A stretch of DNA of 64,000 nucleotides from Minisyncoccota bacterium. GTDB taxonomy: Bacteria; Patescibacteriota; Minisyncoccia; Phycocordibacterales; UBA2100. Numbering within the stretch: the stretch's first letter is position 1; the number at the start of each line of letters is the position of its first letter. This document shows, piece by piece, positions 1 to 8,487 of this stretch. The stretch spans positions 28,431 to 92,430 of the forward strand of contig DATMBM010000016.1 of assembly GCA_035559235.1 (NCBI GenBank), written 5' to 3'. Position numbers and translations under genes: made by a program. The notes beneath the pieces were generated by a model, which saw only the letters and a program-made list of their open reading frames with translations, was not told the DNA's origin and made no database searches.

Positions 1-361
1 ATTTGAGCGCTACCTTGCCGCCTGCTTCTTCGATCTTCTTCTTGAGCGCTTCCGCGTCCTCCTTCTTCATGTCTTCCTTGAGGACCTTCGGTGCGCCGTC
101 GACGAAGGCCTTCGCCTCGGCGAGACCGAGGTTGAGCGCCTCCTTCACGACCTTGATGACGGCAACCTTCTGGTCGCCTGCCGCGGTAAGTTCGACCGTA
201 AAGGTCGATTTCTCTTCCGCCGCCGCGCCGCCGGCTCCCGGAGCCGCAACGGCAACTGCCGCTGCCGAAACGCCCCACTTTTCTTCGATCGCCTTCACGA
301 GCGTGTTGAGCTCGAGGACGGTCATCTTTTCGACTGCTTCGATGATTTGTTCCTGTGTCAT
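1..361 (-). CDS. rplL: 50S ribosomal protein L7/L12, 3'-partial at the window edge (start ATG = revcomp of 359-361). Translation [31 protein letters not shown]...[13 protein letters not shown]
   Basis: Manual reverse-complement translation of 1-361 gives a classic L7/L12 sequence (N-terminal dimerisation helix, Ala/Gly hinge, C-terminal [25 protein letters not shown]). It lies 21 bp downstream of rplJ on the same strand. ORF 3..647(+) is its antisense shadow. Confidence 0.9.
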   Translation of the reverse strand, partial: MTQEQIIEAVEKMTVLELNTLVKAIEEKWGVSAAAVAVAAPGAGGAAAEEKSTFTVELTAAGDQKVAVIKVVKEALNLGLAEAKAFVDGAPKVLKEDMKKEDAEALKKKIEEAGGKVALK

Positions 362-382
362 AGGTGTGGTGTTGATGGGTAA

Positions 383-892
383 TTATTGCGTTTTTGTCTT
401 CGCGACTTCGCTGAGCGCGATCGCAAAGCGCTGCATCGGGCTGTTCAAGACATTCGCGAACATACCGCGAAGTGTATCCATCGGAGGCACGGTCGCGATT
501 TCAAGCATCGAACCCTTGCCGACGAGGATGCCTTCGAAGATGCCGCCGAGGATCGAGAGCTTCTCTTCCTTGTTGGGTCCGAGGAATTTCTTCCCGTACT
601 CGTGCATCATGCGCGCCGGCGCCGTGGCATCATCGCCGCCGCCATAGGCGATTGCGATTTCTCCTTCCATCGGCACGTCCTCGGTCTTGTGGCCGAGCGC
701 TTCGAGCGCGCGCTTGATGAGCGTCTTCTTCGCAACGGTGTATTTTACGCCCGCGTTTTTGAGTTCGCGCCGCATTTCCGTTTCCTCCCTGATGTTTACC
801 CCCTTGAAATGGACGATGACCGTCGAGACGGAATTCGCGAAGGCGTCTTCAAGCTTTTTTACCAGCTCGATTTTCTGCTGTTTCGTCTGCAT
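383..892 (-). CDS. rplJ: 50S ribosomal protein L10
   Basis: The 169-aa translation (MQTKQQKIELVKKLEDAF...VKYTVAKKTLIKRALE...) matches the L10 family and sits immediately upstream of rplL. Confidence 0.9.
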   Translation of the reverse strand: MQTKQQKIELVKKLEDAFANSVSTVIVHFKGVNIREETEMRRELKNAGVKYTVAKKTLIKRALEALGHKTEDVPMEGEIAIAYGGGDDATAPARMMHEYGKKFLGPNKEEKLSILGGIFEGILVGKGSMLEIATVPPMDTLRGMFANVLNSPMQRFAIALSEVAKTKTQ

Positions 893-1039
893 AGTCTCTT
901 CTGAGCTATGCGAATAATATAAGGGCGAGTTGTCGACCTCGGCGGGCTTGCCCGTCTGACGCGAAGCATCAGGAGGGACTTACGTTTGTGAGCGCGTGCT
1001 CACCCGCTGTCTCTGGCCCTTAAGCGGCATAGTACCGTA

Positions 1040-1081
1040 CAAAATGGAAAAAGCAAGGCGGGAGCGCGTACGCGCTCCCGC
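1040..1081 (-). terminator. GC-rich perfect hairpin (gcgggagcgcg-ta-cgcgctcccgc) followed on the minus strand by a U-run; a terminator or attenuator-like element upstream of rplJ
   Basis: An 11-bp perfect stem at 1058-1081. The plus-strand A-run at 1044-1052 becomes a U-tract after the hairpin on the minus strand. It lies in the ~800-bp gap upstream of rplJ. Confidence 0.45.
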
Positions 1082-1434
1082 ACTCTTCCTACCGCATCTC
1101 GTCAAGTTCATCGAGCAGCGCGTGCGCGTATGTGAGGCTTTCTTCGTTTGCATCAAGCCGCTCCTTGATTGCTCCATGATCCATCTGAAGGTTTCGTGCC
1201 TCAAGGCGGAGTATCCGGACGCGCGCGCGGCGCCGGTCTATTTTTCCGCGGATGCCCGCATGCTTCCATCCTTTTGGGGGAAGTTTCAACCACGTACGCA
1301 GCCGCAATGCACCGACAAGCGTTGCAAGCTGCAGCTCAACGGCTGCAAGCCGCGCTGCAAAATGCACGATTCCCAACCACACGATGCCCTCCTCTGGTTG
1401 CCGGCTCGCATCCTGCCACTGGCCGCAAACTGAG

Positions 1435-1626
1435 TCAATCGAAGATTCGCTCCCACCAGGGCTCGCCTTCGTCACCCACCATCGCCCGAAACGCGGCAGC
1501 GGTCTGCTCTTCTTTTTGTTGTTCCATCTCAATCGTCGCGACGGCATAGGTGAGCCCGAGCCCGACGCCGATAAAGACGGTGAATCCGAGTACGAATCGG
1601 AAAAACGAATTAAGCGACCGCTGCAT
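1435..1626 (-). CDS. hypothetical small membrane protein (63 aa, one TM helix)
   Basis: ORF with a hydrophobic TM segment (FFRFVLGFTVFIGVGLGLTYAVATI) followed by a charged tail. No recognisable family. Confidence 0.3.
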   Translation of the reverse strand: MQRSLNSFFRFVLGFTVFIGVGLGLTYAVATIEMEQQKEEQTAAAFRAMVGDEGEPWWERIFD

Positions 1627-1689
1627 ATTTCACTGACAGTATAGCGCACAAAAGAAGTCGCCACGGCCTTTGGCCGTGGCGGCGGAAAA

Positions 1690-2166
1690 TCAGATATTGA
1701 ACTCGTCGAGGATGTCGGCCATCGTATGCCGCGATTGCAACCCGACATTAGCCCAATTCCAGCCGTGCTGAAATCTTCGATGCGATCGGTCAGGGCGGCC
1801 GTACTCGCTAATCCGTATGCGGATGTCCCCGACGGTTCGCATATTTGCCCAGGGCAGTCCCTCGATAAGTCGTGAGAACACCCCGTGTCGCTTTTGCGTT
1901 TTTTCGTAGTTTGGGTGACGCTCCTTAAATTTCGCGATCAGTTCTGCGACCGAGGTAGTGTCGGGAATGGTTTCTGCATCGGGCGCTTCACCATCGCCTC
2001 CAACGAGCGTCCGGAGACGATCCCGCACGCATCCAGCGTCCGCAATGATGCGATTCATCGTTCTGATCATGTCTTGGATACTCTCTTGCTTCTTGGGCAT
2101 CGAGCTCCTCCAGCGCAAGTGCTCCTGCAAACCTATATCATTCGCGCCCGCTTCGCAAACATTCAT
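1690..2166 (-). CDS. hypothetical protein (158 aa from the internal Met MNVCEAG...); last gene of the hydrolase cassette
   Basis: The long ORF 1690..2409 overlaps the upstream membrane-protein gene. The internal start at 2166 overlaps the upstream stop by a few bases. No family recognised. Confidence 0.4.
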   Translation of the reverse strand: MNVCEAGANDIGLQEHLRWRSSMPKKQESIQDMIRTMNRIIADAGCVRDRLRTLVGGDGEAPDAETIPDTTSVAELIAKFKERHPNYEKTQKRHGVFSRLIEGLPWANMRTVGDIRIRISEYGRPDRSHRRFQHGWNWANVGLQSRHTMADILDEFNI

Positions 2167-2555
2167 GAAATCCGCCGCATGAGTGAGGGTGCCGATTTTT
2201 TGAGGATATTGTTGACGAGGGTGCCTAGGAACCAGGCGATGACGCCGAGAATCACCGGAAAATAAATGTGGGTAGCATCGAAAACAATTTCGAAAAGAAT
2301 GGCAGGACAAAGCGCGACGATATTCCACAACCAAATATTTTTCCCGCCAACGGAATGCATTAAGAAAGTGACCAGGAAGATTAATGTAATGGGTAGACCT
2401 AAGATCCATTCGATCGTTCCTGGCGCCCCAATAAAATTACCGCCTGTAGCGTGGGGGAATAGAGATACGTACAGAGCCCCGAGAAGTTGTGCAAATAGGT
2501 ACGTGAGAGCGTACGCAGACGCAATAACCAATATCCTTAGTGTGGCGATACTCAT
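2163..2555 (-). CDS. hypothetical polytopic membrane protein (130 aa, ~4 TM)
   Basis: Hydrophobic throughout (LRILVIASAYALTYLFAQLLGALYV..., ...VILGVIAWFLGTLV). It is tightly packed (10 bp) downstream of the giant hydrolase gene. Confidence 0.55.
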   Translation of the reverse strand: MSIATLRILVIASAYALTYLFAQLLGALYVSLFPHATGGNFIGAPGTIEWILGLPITLIFLVTFLMHSVGGKNIWLWNIVALCPAILFEIVFDATHIYFPVILGVIAWFLGTLVNNILKKSAPSLMRRIS

Positions 2556-2565
2556 AGTCGCAGAG

Positions 2566-5388
2566 CTAATTACTAATTAACCATAAAACATCCTCCTTTA
2601 ATATCTGATACGCTTGCTCACTTAAGCCTTTTCCTCGTTGCTTATTCAACTCGATAATCACTGCACCAGCAAGAATCTTATCCACTACTTTCTGCAACTT
2701 CTCCCCCTTTGGCTTACCATCGGTCTTCTTTTCGATAACCCGTGAGATCTTTACGGCTGCGGTGAATTTCTTAACGATGTTGTCTCGTACCTTTTTCGTC
2801 ATCCAGCCGAGCGAATATGCTCTATCGATATCTGAAAGCGTACTTTCGACGGTCGCCACCACACGAAAGTGCTTGACCGACGTTGTTGCATTGCCCACAT
2901 TGTCCGTTGACGATGCGACAAGCGTATACTCTCCCAGCTTTTTGAAGAACAGATCGATCGTACCTTGATTGGGTACTGTCGTCGTTCCTAAGCGCGCCAC
3001 AAGCTCATAAACCCCGGATTCGTCGCTCGCCGAAATATCGATCGGCAGCTGGTCGGAGCGCGGATAGTCTTTTGTCTCGGGTGAATCAATCGAAATTATG
3101 GGTGGATCAGTATCCACGGGCATCACTTCCAGCTTCTCTGGAGTTGCGTTATTGATTGAAACCTGTAACTCAGTGATAAGTCCAGGTGCCGTATTTCCGG
3201 TAAACGAGGCCTCAATCATTTCATCTTGGCTGATATAGTTCGTCTCGACGGTGTAGGAGCCGCTATCGGTCCCCTGCGTGATAACTTTGTATTCGCCATC
3301 GAGAGGGTTGAGGATGGTGATAAATTCCGTATTGGTGTTAAAGCCAGTATAAAACGCGTCCGGTATTTGATTGATTGCCTGGCCGTTTTCTTTACCGATT
3401 TTTTTGCCGTCAGGAGCGACCACGAGCAGGTCGGCGGGTGAAAGTATTTTGACGTTCAATAATTTAGCTGTAAGCGAATCGTGTTCGTGCGAGAGGAATC
3501 CGGCGACTTGTCCCGTTAAGACGAAATAGACGTCGCCTTGTGCCTCAGTAGGTAGCGCGTTATGCGAAAATGCAGTTGTGAGCAGATTTAAATCAACAAA
3601 TGATGCACTCGGCAACGGAACTGTGTTGTCACCCTCGCCGCGCACCAAACCATGGTCTCCGATAAAAGAATAATAATTCTCTGGATAACCATGTGGCCAC
3701 AACGGAGCGTATTCGCTTGAATCAGTTGCTAGTATCCCAACAATTGTCTGCCTCTGCGAAGTATTACCAATGACACTGTGGATACTAACCCCAACGTTTA
3801 TCAAGTCTTCTATGCGGTCATTTAAATTTTCTAGGAAGGGATTGGTCGGGTAATTCATCGGATAATTTCTAAGCTGATCAGAGTCGAAAATGTATGCGTA
3901 GACAGGAAGAAGCTCCTGCACAGAGGGAATCGGTCCAAATTGAATATACGAGAAAAGGTTGTCGTAACCATTTTCGTACGCTTCGTGTTCCAAGATGAGT
4001 TCGAGAATCTTTCCCAAGACATCTCCCGTTACAGCAAATTCCCCTCCCTCCCACATCAAGTACGCTTTTGGAGCTCCAAGATGAGGCGTGCCGAGGAAGA
4101 TGAGCTGGTCAACATCATCTTCGTATGCGTCGGATTGGATATACTGCCGCGCGACGAGCCCGCCCATCGAATGGGCAACCAGGTCAACCTTGTTGCATTC
4201 ACAGATTTCCTTTACCTGGTCAATCTTCTCTTTGAGCAGGACTGCGGTCTCGACATTCGATTTGCGCCAATTGTAAGGAAACGTGAACAAATCAACTCCA
4301 GGCGTATAGTGGTTTATATCCAGTGTCGCGATAAGGTCGTCGTACGTATGCAAAATCGGGTCGATCACCCATTCTCCATCGCTATTCCGCTCCGAGCCAA
4401 GAATGCCCGGAATGATAATGACGGGGTCAGGTGCGGAACGTTCCGCCTCAATTGTCGGAGGAAAGGGGGTCGTCCGCACGGTCGACGTGTTTCCCACGAC
4501 GGTGCCATGGAAGGACACAAACGCGGCATCGGCCGGGATCGTGCCGTTGCACGCAGTGCATTGAATCGGTACGTCGCTTTCGTCATCCCAGAGTGTCCAT
4601 TCGGTAGGAGACGTCATGCGGAATGAATAGTATCGGATGTGCGGCGTAATGGCGGTTGCAGTGACTAGCGTGTTGTAGTTGGGGACGACAAATCCACACG
4701 TCTCGTCAGGAGTTATGACGGCAGAGCGGAAGAGCCGACCGTCGTTGAACGGGACCTTGAGACGCAGATGGACGCGGAGCAGTCCGTCAACGTATTCCGC
4801 GCGTTCGTAGGAATCGAAGAAATAACCGTCTGCTGCGATTGAAGGGCAGGATTCGTGTTTTTCCACCTGATTCTCTAACTGCGGCGGTTCGCCGCCATGC
4901 TCAAACATTCGCACGGTGCGCGATTCGAATCGGGAACCAAACCCTCCCGAATACTGTCCCCTAAATTTGATGCGCGTGTATGAAGGATACTTCGGTATTT
5001 CCAGGCTTGTTACCAGCGCTTCATTTTGATCGTCCCACACTTCAAGTTGGGTCGGCGAGGCGAGGCGAATACTCCAGTGGGTGACTCCAGAAGGCAGCTG
5101 GAAGGGATCTGACGTTGGTACGCTATTCACCGCGAGCGTGCATTCGTCATCATATGGGAGCCACTGAATTCGAAAAGGACCTCCCCCGGATGCAAAAATC
5201 GGATCGTTTCGGAAATGGTAGATTAAATTTCCGTCGGGCGAATACTCCACACTCTCGTAGTTGGTGAAGAAAGTTCCTTCTGCAGTAAGCGCAGACAAGC
5301 CGCAGGGCTCCGTGAGCGCACTCGTGGTTGGCGCAAGGCTGAACGATAGCGCGCAAATCACCAATACGACACTTTTCCGAAATCTCAT
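2566..5388 (-). CDS. giant secreted alpha/beta-hydrolase (lipase/esterase-like) with flanking beta-rich, Ig-like regions (940 aa)
   Basis: N-terminal signal peptide (MRFRKSVVLVICALSFSLAPTTSA). GxSxG nucleophile elbow in a DLVAHSMGGLVARQYIQS context, typical of class-2 lipase / PGAP1-like / LCAT-like hydrolases. Long beta-rich flanks. AT-richer C-terminal helical tail. Confidence 0.8.
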   Translation of the reverse strand: MRFRKSVVLVICALSFSLAPTTSALTEPCGLSALTAEGTFFTNYESVEYSPDGNLIYHFRNDPIFASGGGPFRIQWLPYDDECTLAVNSVPTSDPFQLPSGVTHWSIRLASPTQLEVWDDQNEALVTSLEIPKYPSYTRIKFRGQYSGGFGSRFESRTVRMFEHGGEPPQLENQVEKHESCPSIAADGYFFDSYERAEYVDGLLRVHLRLKVPFNDGRLFRSAVITPDETCGFVVPNYNTLVTATAITPHIRYYSFRMTSPTEWTLWDDESDVPIQCTACNGTIPADAAFVSFHGTVVGNTSTVRTTPFPPTIEAERSAPDPVIIIPGILGSERNSDGEWVIDPILHTYDDLIATLDINHYTPGVDLFTFPYNWRKSNVETAVLLKEKIDQVKEICECNKVDLVAHSMGGLVARQYIQSDAYEDDVDQLIFLGTPHLGAPKAYLMWEGGEFAVTGDVLGKILELILEHEAYENGYDNLFSYIQFGPIPSVQELLPVYAYIFDSDQLRNYPMNYPTNPFLENLNDRIEDLINVGVSIHSVIGNTSQRQTIVGILATDSSEYAPLWPHGYPENYYSFIGDHGLVRGEGDNTVPLPSASFVDLNLLTTAFSHNALPTEAQGDVYFVLTGQVAGFLSHEHDSLTAKLLNVKILSPADLLVVAPDGKKIGKENGQAINQIPDAFYTGFNTNTEFITILNPLDGEYKVITQGTDSGSYTVETNYISQDEMIEASFTGNTAPGLITELQVSINNATPEKLEVMPVDTDPPIISIDSPETKDYPRSDQLPIDISASDESGVYELVARLGTTTVPNQGTIDLFFKKLGEYTLVASSTDNVGNATTSVKHFRVVATVESTLSDIDRAYSLGWMTKKVRDNIVKKFTAAVKISRVIEKKTDGKPKGEKLQKVVDKILAGAVIIELNKQRGKGLSEQAYQILKEDVLWLISN

Positions 5389-5462
5389 GCGGCAAGTATC
5401 TACTCAACCTTGTGAAGGACAAGTCGGGAGTGCACGAAAATGTGCATAACTGACAAATCAGA

Positions 5463-5502
5463 ATGTATCACTTTCTATACCATGGTATAGAAAGTGATAC
5501 AT
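5463..5502. promoter_or_regulatory. 40-bp perfect palindrome (atgtatcactttctatacc|atggtatagaaagtgatacat) in the promoter region of the hydrolase gene; candidate operator
   Basis: Read directly: both 20-nt arms are exact reverse complements, centred on CCATGG. It sits 75 bp upstream of the hydrolase start (5388) and 30 bp downstream of the regulator stop. A 20/24-matching half-site recurs at 6124-6147, overlapping the regulator start codon. Confidence 0.55.
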
Positions 5503-5531
5503 GGGTTCACATTCCACGATTCCTATCGCTC

Positions 5532-6128
5532 TCAAATACTGAAGCGCTTGCGTAACACTCGATCGCTGCCAAGTGAGTCCGCAACAACGAGGCGCAGCTC
5601 CTCGTCAGAAAGCGAAAAAGCGTCTCGTAGCACGCCAACCTGTTCAGAACAATCGAATGGATATATCCAGACGCTTTTCTGTAACATGATCGCCCCGAGG
5701 CGTCGTATCAAACTCCTGAACGCGTTCCGTTTCGCGGTCTCGCCGGTCGGGATATCAAATAAAATAATCCGCCACTTGCCGTCCCAAACGTCAGGCCGAA
5801 CCATCGGTCGGAGAAGGATGCGCCGCGCAACCAAGCTTCGGGCACGCGCTCGTCCGTGTGACGTCATCTCGATTCGCATTCCGCGCTTTGTCGATCGTTT
5901 TTTTACATACCCTTTGCGAAGTAAATATTGGAACGACTGCTGTACCTTTCTCTTGCGATCTCGATCCTCCGCTTTGAACACGAAACCAACCCCGGCCAGT
6001 GCAATAAAAAGAGTCGGCGCAAGAGTTAAAGCAGCGGCAACGCCTCCTGCAACAAACAGTGCCTCTAGTATTCCATGTGGCGTGTCTTCAAAAAGCATCG
6101 GCTCGGGATGTTTAGTTTTTTGAACCAT
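5532..6128 (-). CDS. membrane-anchored putative transcriptional regulator: N-terminal TM helix, winged-HTH-like basic region, C-terminal Cas2-fold / PaaX-C-like domain
   Basis: TM segment GILEALFVAGGVAAALTLAPTLFIALAGVGFVF, then a basic wHTH-like stretch. The C-terminal WDGKWRIILFDIPTGETAKRNAFRSLIRRLGAIMLQKSVWIYP has the beta-alpha-beta pattern of Cas2 and the PaaX C-terminal domain. The start codon lies inside a CCATGG half-operator. Confidence 0.55.
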   Translation of the reverse strand: MVQKTKHPEPMLFEDTPHGILEALFVAGGVAAALTLAPTLFIALAGVGFVFKAEDRDRKRKVQQSFQYLLRKGYVKKRSTKRGMRIEMTSHGRARARSLVARRILLRPMVRPDVWDGKWRIILFDIPTGETAKRNAFRSLIRRLGAIMLQKSVWIYPFDCSEQVGVLRDAFSLSDEELRLVVADSLGSDRVLRKRFSI

Positions 6129-6147
6129 GGTATAGATAATAATACAT
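6124..6147. promoter_or_regulatory. half-site (accatggtatagataataatacat) matching the right arm of the 40-bp palindrome; candidate autoregulatory operator over the regulator start codon
   Basis: 20 of 24 positions match the palindrome arm accatggtatagaaagtgatacat. It overlaps the ATG of the regulator gene (6126-6128 on the minus strand). Confidence 0.4.
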
Positions 6148-6166
6148 GAAGAAAACGGTGTAATAC

Positions 6167-6226
6167 AAAAACTCCCCGTACGGGGAGTTTTTGGTAACGC
6201 ACAAAGCCCCCTTTCGGGGGCTTTGT
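6167..6226 (-). terminator. two tandem hairpins between the PG-binding-protein gene and the regulator gene
   Basis: Hairpin 1 at 6167-6192 is aaaaa-ctcccc-gta-cggggag-ttttt, with A/T runs on both sides, so it could terminate in either direction. Hairpin 2 at 6200-6226 is cacaaagcccc-ctttc-ggggctttgtg. Both lie just downstream of the stop of the 6275..8308 gene. Confidence 0.6.
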
Positions 6227-6274
6227 GCTGCTTACGTAGAGCCTAGGTGCTACGAAGCATGTCGATCAAGAACG

Positions 6275-8308
6275 TTAGTTGTTGATCGTGTTGAACGACG
6301 TGCGGAAATCTTCTTCCGGAGTGGCGTACACAACAGATTCCGGTGTTGCGTCGTCTGCCGTCGAGTGACCGACAGCGACGAGTTGGACACGGTACTGTTG
6401 GTTGCCAGTGAACGACGCGTCCGGATTGAAGGACGCTGTGAGCACGAAGTCTGCCGAAGCGCCGCCGCTGATGCGAACGGAGTTCGTGAGTTCCGTACCA
6501 CCCGACACGCGAGTGAGCGCCGATCCAATCGGAGACGTAGTCGCCGTGAGGCTGCCATTCTCGATGAAGAAGTTGACGCCCTCGATCTGCGACGCTGTCA
6601 AGCCTGACACGCTTGTCGTTGCAAGCGTTGTGAGCGGAATGTACACGTCGTTCGAACCAAAGTTCGTAATGCGAAGTGTCATCTTGAACTCACCCGAGCT
6701 GTTCGCCGGAGTGTCGTTCTGCGCAGGCGTGAAGCTTTCACCGACCTTCGTAACCTGGATACCCTCCGAGAAGAGCGTCTGGGTGTAGGTCGTCACTGAA
6801 CCAGCGCGTTCAGTGACCGACTTGCCGTCTGATGTCGCGCGAGCATTAATGTCGCCGACAGACGGAGACGTCGATGCGGTGATGGTGTCACCTTGGTCGA
6901 ACGCAGTGCCCACGCCGCTGCCCGTTGCGATGGAGTTGACCTTCGCGACGATGCGGTAAGTCTGCGTCGAGCCAGATGAGAGGTTTTCGATGTCATCCAA
7001 GACGAAGTTGAGGATCTGGCTTCCCGCCGTTGCGGTGCTTGCCGCAAGTTCGGCGATACGAGTGCTCCCCCTCATGAGGAAGAAGGTCTGCACCATGTCG
7101 CTCACCTGGTCAACACCTGTAAGGGTCGTCGAAGCTGTGAGGCGATCGAAGTACATGTCCGCGTTTTCCGCTTTGAGCGTGAACTCTGCAAGCGTAACTT
7201 CCGTGGTGTTGGACTCGTTAACCTTCACGTTGCCTGACTTCGGATTGCCCGAACCTTCAGCCATACGGAGTTTGACGTCCGTAGCTGACGAAGAACGGTT
7301 GACGTACACGCCAGCACCGGTCGTGGCCGCGGTTGCGCCACCGTTGTTAACCGTCGTATTCGGATCTTCGAAGAGAACGGCACCGGAGGCATCCGTGTAG
7401 CGAACCTGCGTAACCTGGACCAACCAGTCGTTCGTGCTGCCGATATCATCCGAGTCGAGGGACGAATTCGCCGTCGCGCCGACATGGAAGGTAACCTTGT
7501 TGGCCGAACCCATACGAACAATCTGATCAACCGGGATAGATGCAGAGTAGACACCTGCTGCATCGCGGGTGAAGGACGATGCCGGCATGGAGCCGATCTT
7601 CGTGCCGTTTGCCCAGATGCTCACTTCACTGAAGTATGCCGCAAGGGTGTCAGAAGAAGCTGCTGATGCGCCGCTGTCTTTGTCGAAGCGGACGCGGATG
7701 TTCGTGACGCGGAGGTCGGAGCCGGAAGCTTCAACCTTCATGCCGACGATCTTTTCTGTCTGGCCGGAGAGAACCTCATCTTCCACGTCTTCAGACGTTG
7801 AAGTGATGGTTGCTGTGCCAGCCGTACCGTTCAAGCCCTGGTTACCACCTGGGGCTGTCGGAGTCGACGGAGACGAAGCGCATACCGATGCGACTTTCGC
7901 GCGAGTGATCGGACCCCAGTAGCCCGCTGCCGGCGAGACGCCGTTTGCAGCCTGCCACTTGGCGACCGCCGCACGCGTAAGTGCGCCGAAGTACGACGTC
8001 TCATTGCCCGGAGAGCCCGGACCCGAAGCGGCGACCTGTGCGCCGTGACTGTTAAGGAATTTCTGGATTTGCATGACCTCACCGCCGTTGTCGCCCATTT
8101 GGTGAGTCATCGTGAAGGCATAGCAGCCTGAGCCTGAGCTGGACGAACCGCCCTGGAGCGCTGCAATTTGTGCGAGAAGTGCCTGGACTTGTGCCTGAAG
8201 ATCCGAGAGCAAGTCTGCCTTTGCCGGTGTGGCAACTGCAAACGAAAGCGCAAGGACAACTGCGCAACCCACGAGCACTGTCGCAACATTCTTTGTTGCT
8301 AAACTCAT
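6275..8308 (-). CDS. secreted surface protein with a peptidoglycan-binding (PG_binding_1-like) domain and a long Ser/Thr/Gly-rich beta region
   Basis: Signal peptide from the internal Met (MSLATKNVATVLVGCAVVLALSFAVATPAKA). Coiled LQAQVQALLAQIAALQ segment. PG-binding-like segment (VMQIQKFLNSHGAQV...ALTRAAVAKWQAANGV). Then ~500 aa of low-complexity T/S/G-rich sequence. Confidence 0.7.
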   Translation of the reverse strand: MSLATKNVATVLVGCAVVLALSFAVATPAKADLLSDLQAQVQALLAQIAALQGGSSSSGSGCYAFTMTHQMGDNGGEVMQIQKFLNSHGAQVAASGPGSPGNETSYFGALTRAAVAKWQAANGVSPAAGYWGPITRAKVASVCASSPSTPTAPGGNQGLNGTAGTATITSTSEDVEDEVLSGQTEKIVGMKVEASGSDLRVTNIRVRFDKDSGASAASSDTLAAYFSEVSIWANGTKIGSMPASSFTRDAAGVYSASIPVDQIVRMGSANKVTFHVGATANSSLDSDDIGSTNDWLVQVTQVRYTDASGAVLFEDPNTTVNNGGATAATTGAGVYVNRSSSATDVKLRMAEGSGNPKSGNVKVNESNTTEVTLAEFTLKAENADMYFDRLTASTTLTGVDQVSDMVQTFFLMRGSTRIAELAASTATAGSQILNFVLDDIENLSSGSTQTYRIVAKVNSIATGSGVGTAFDQGDTITASTSPSVGDINARATSDGKSVTERAGSVTTYTQTLFSEGIQVTKVGESFTPAQNDTPANSSGEFKMTLRITNFGSNDVYIPLTTLATTSVSGLTASQIEGVNFFIENGSLTATTSPIGSALTRVSGGTELTNSVRISGGASADFVLTASFNPDASFTGNQQYRVQLVAVGHSTADDATPESVVYATPEEDFRTSFNTINN

Positions 8309-8487
8309 AGTTTGATATATGACCTTTCCCCGCGCGAAAAAGTTTTCCGCGCCGGGCGCATCTGCGGCTTTTCGACAGAACCACAGATACTTTTTGTGTG
8401 GCATCCACTTGCGTGGATACAACTAATAATTTTGCTAGCCCCGGACCCGCTTGTAAGTTACTAAAGTGGGGACGAGGGTTAGCATCG

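Noticed and set aside
3-917. Plus-strand ORFs 3..647, 386..904, 472..717, 687..917
   Set aside because: They are antisense to the clearly identifiable rplL and rplJ genes. Their low-complexity Ala/Ser/Arg-rich translations are typical of GC-rich shadow frames.
1089-1748. 219-aa minus-strand ORF and plus-strand ORFs 996..1433, 1169..1549, 1252..1644 in the rplJ upstream gap
   Set aside because: Arg/Ser/Pro-rich, non-protein-like composition. They overlap each other and the more plausible 63-aa membrane ORF. The stop at 1089 abutting the hairpin is probably coincidental. The region is more likely non-coding leader.
8402-8419. Inverted repeat catccac-ttgc-gtggata upstream of the PG-binding protein gene as a DnaA box or operator
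   Set aside because: Only a 6-7 bp imperfect palindrome with a 6/9 DnaA-box match; too weak to call.
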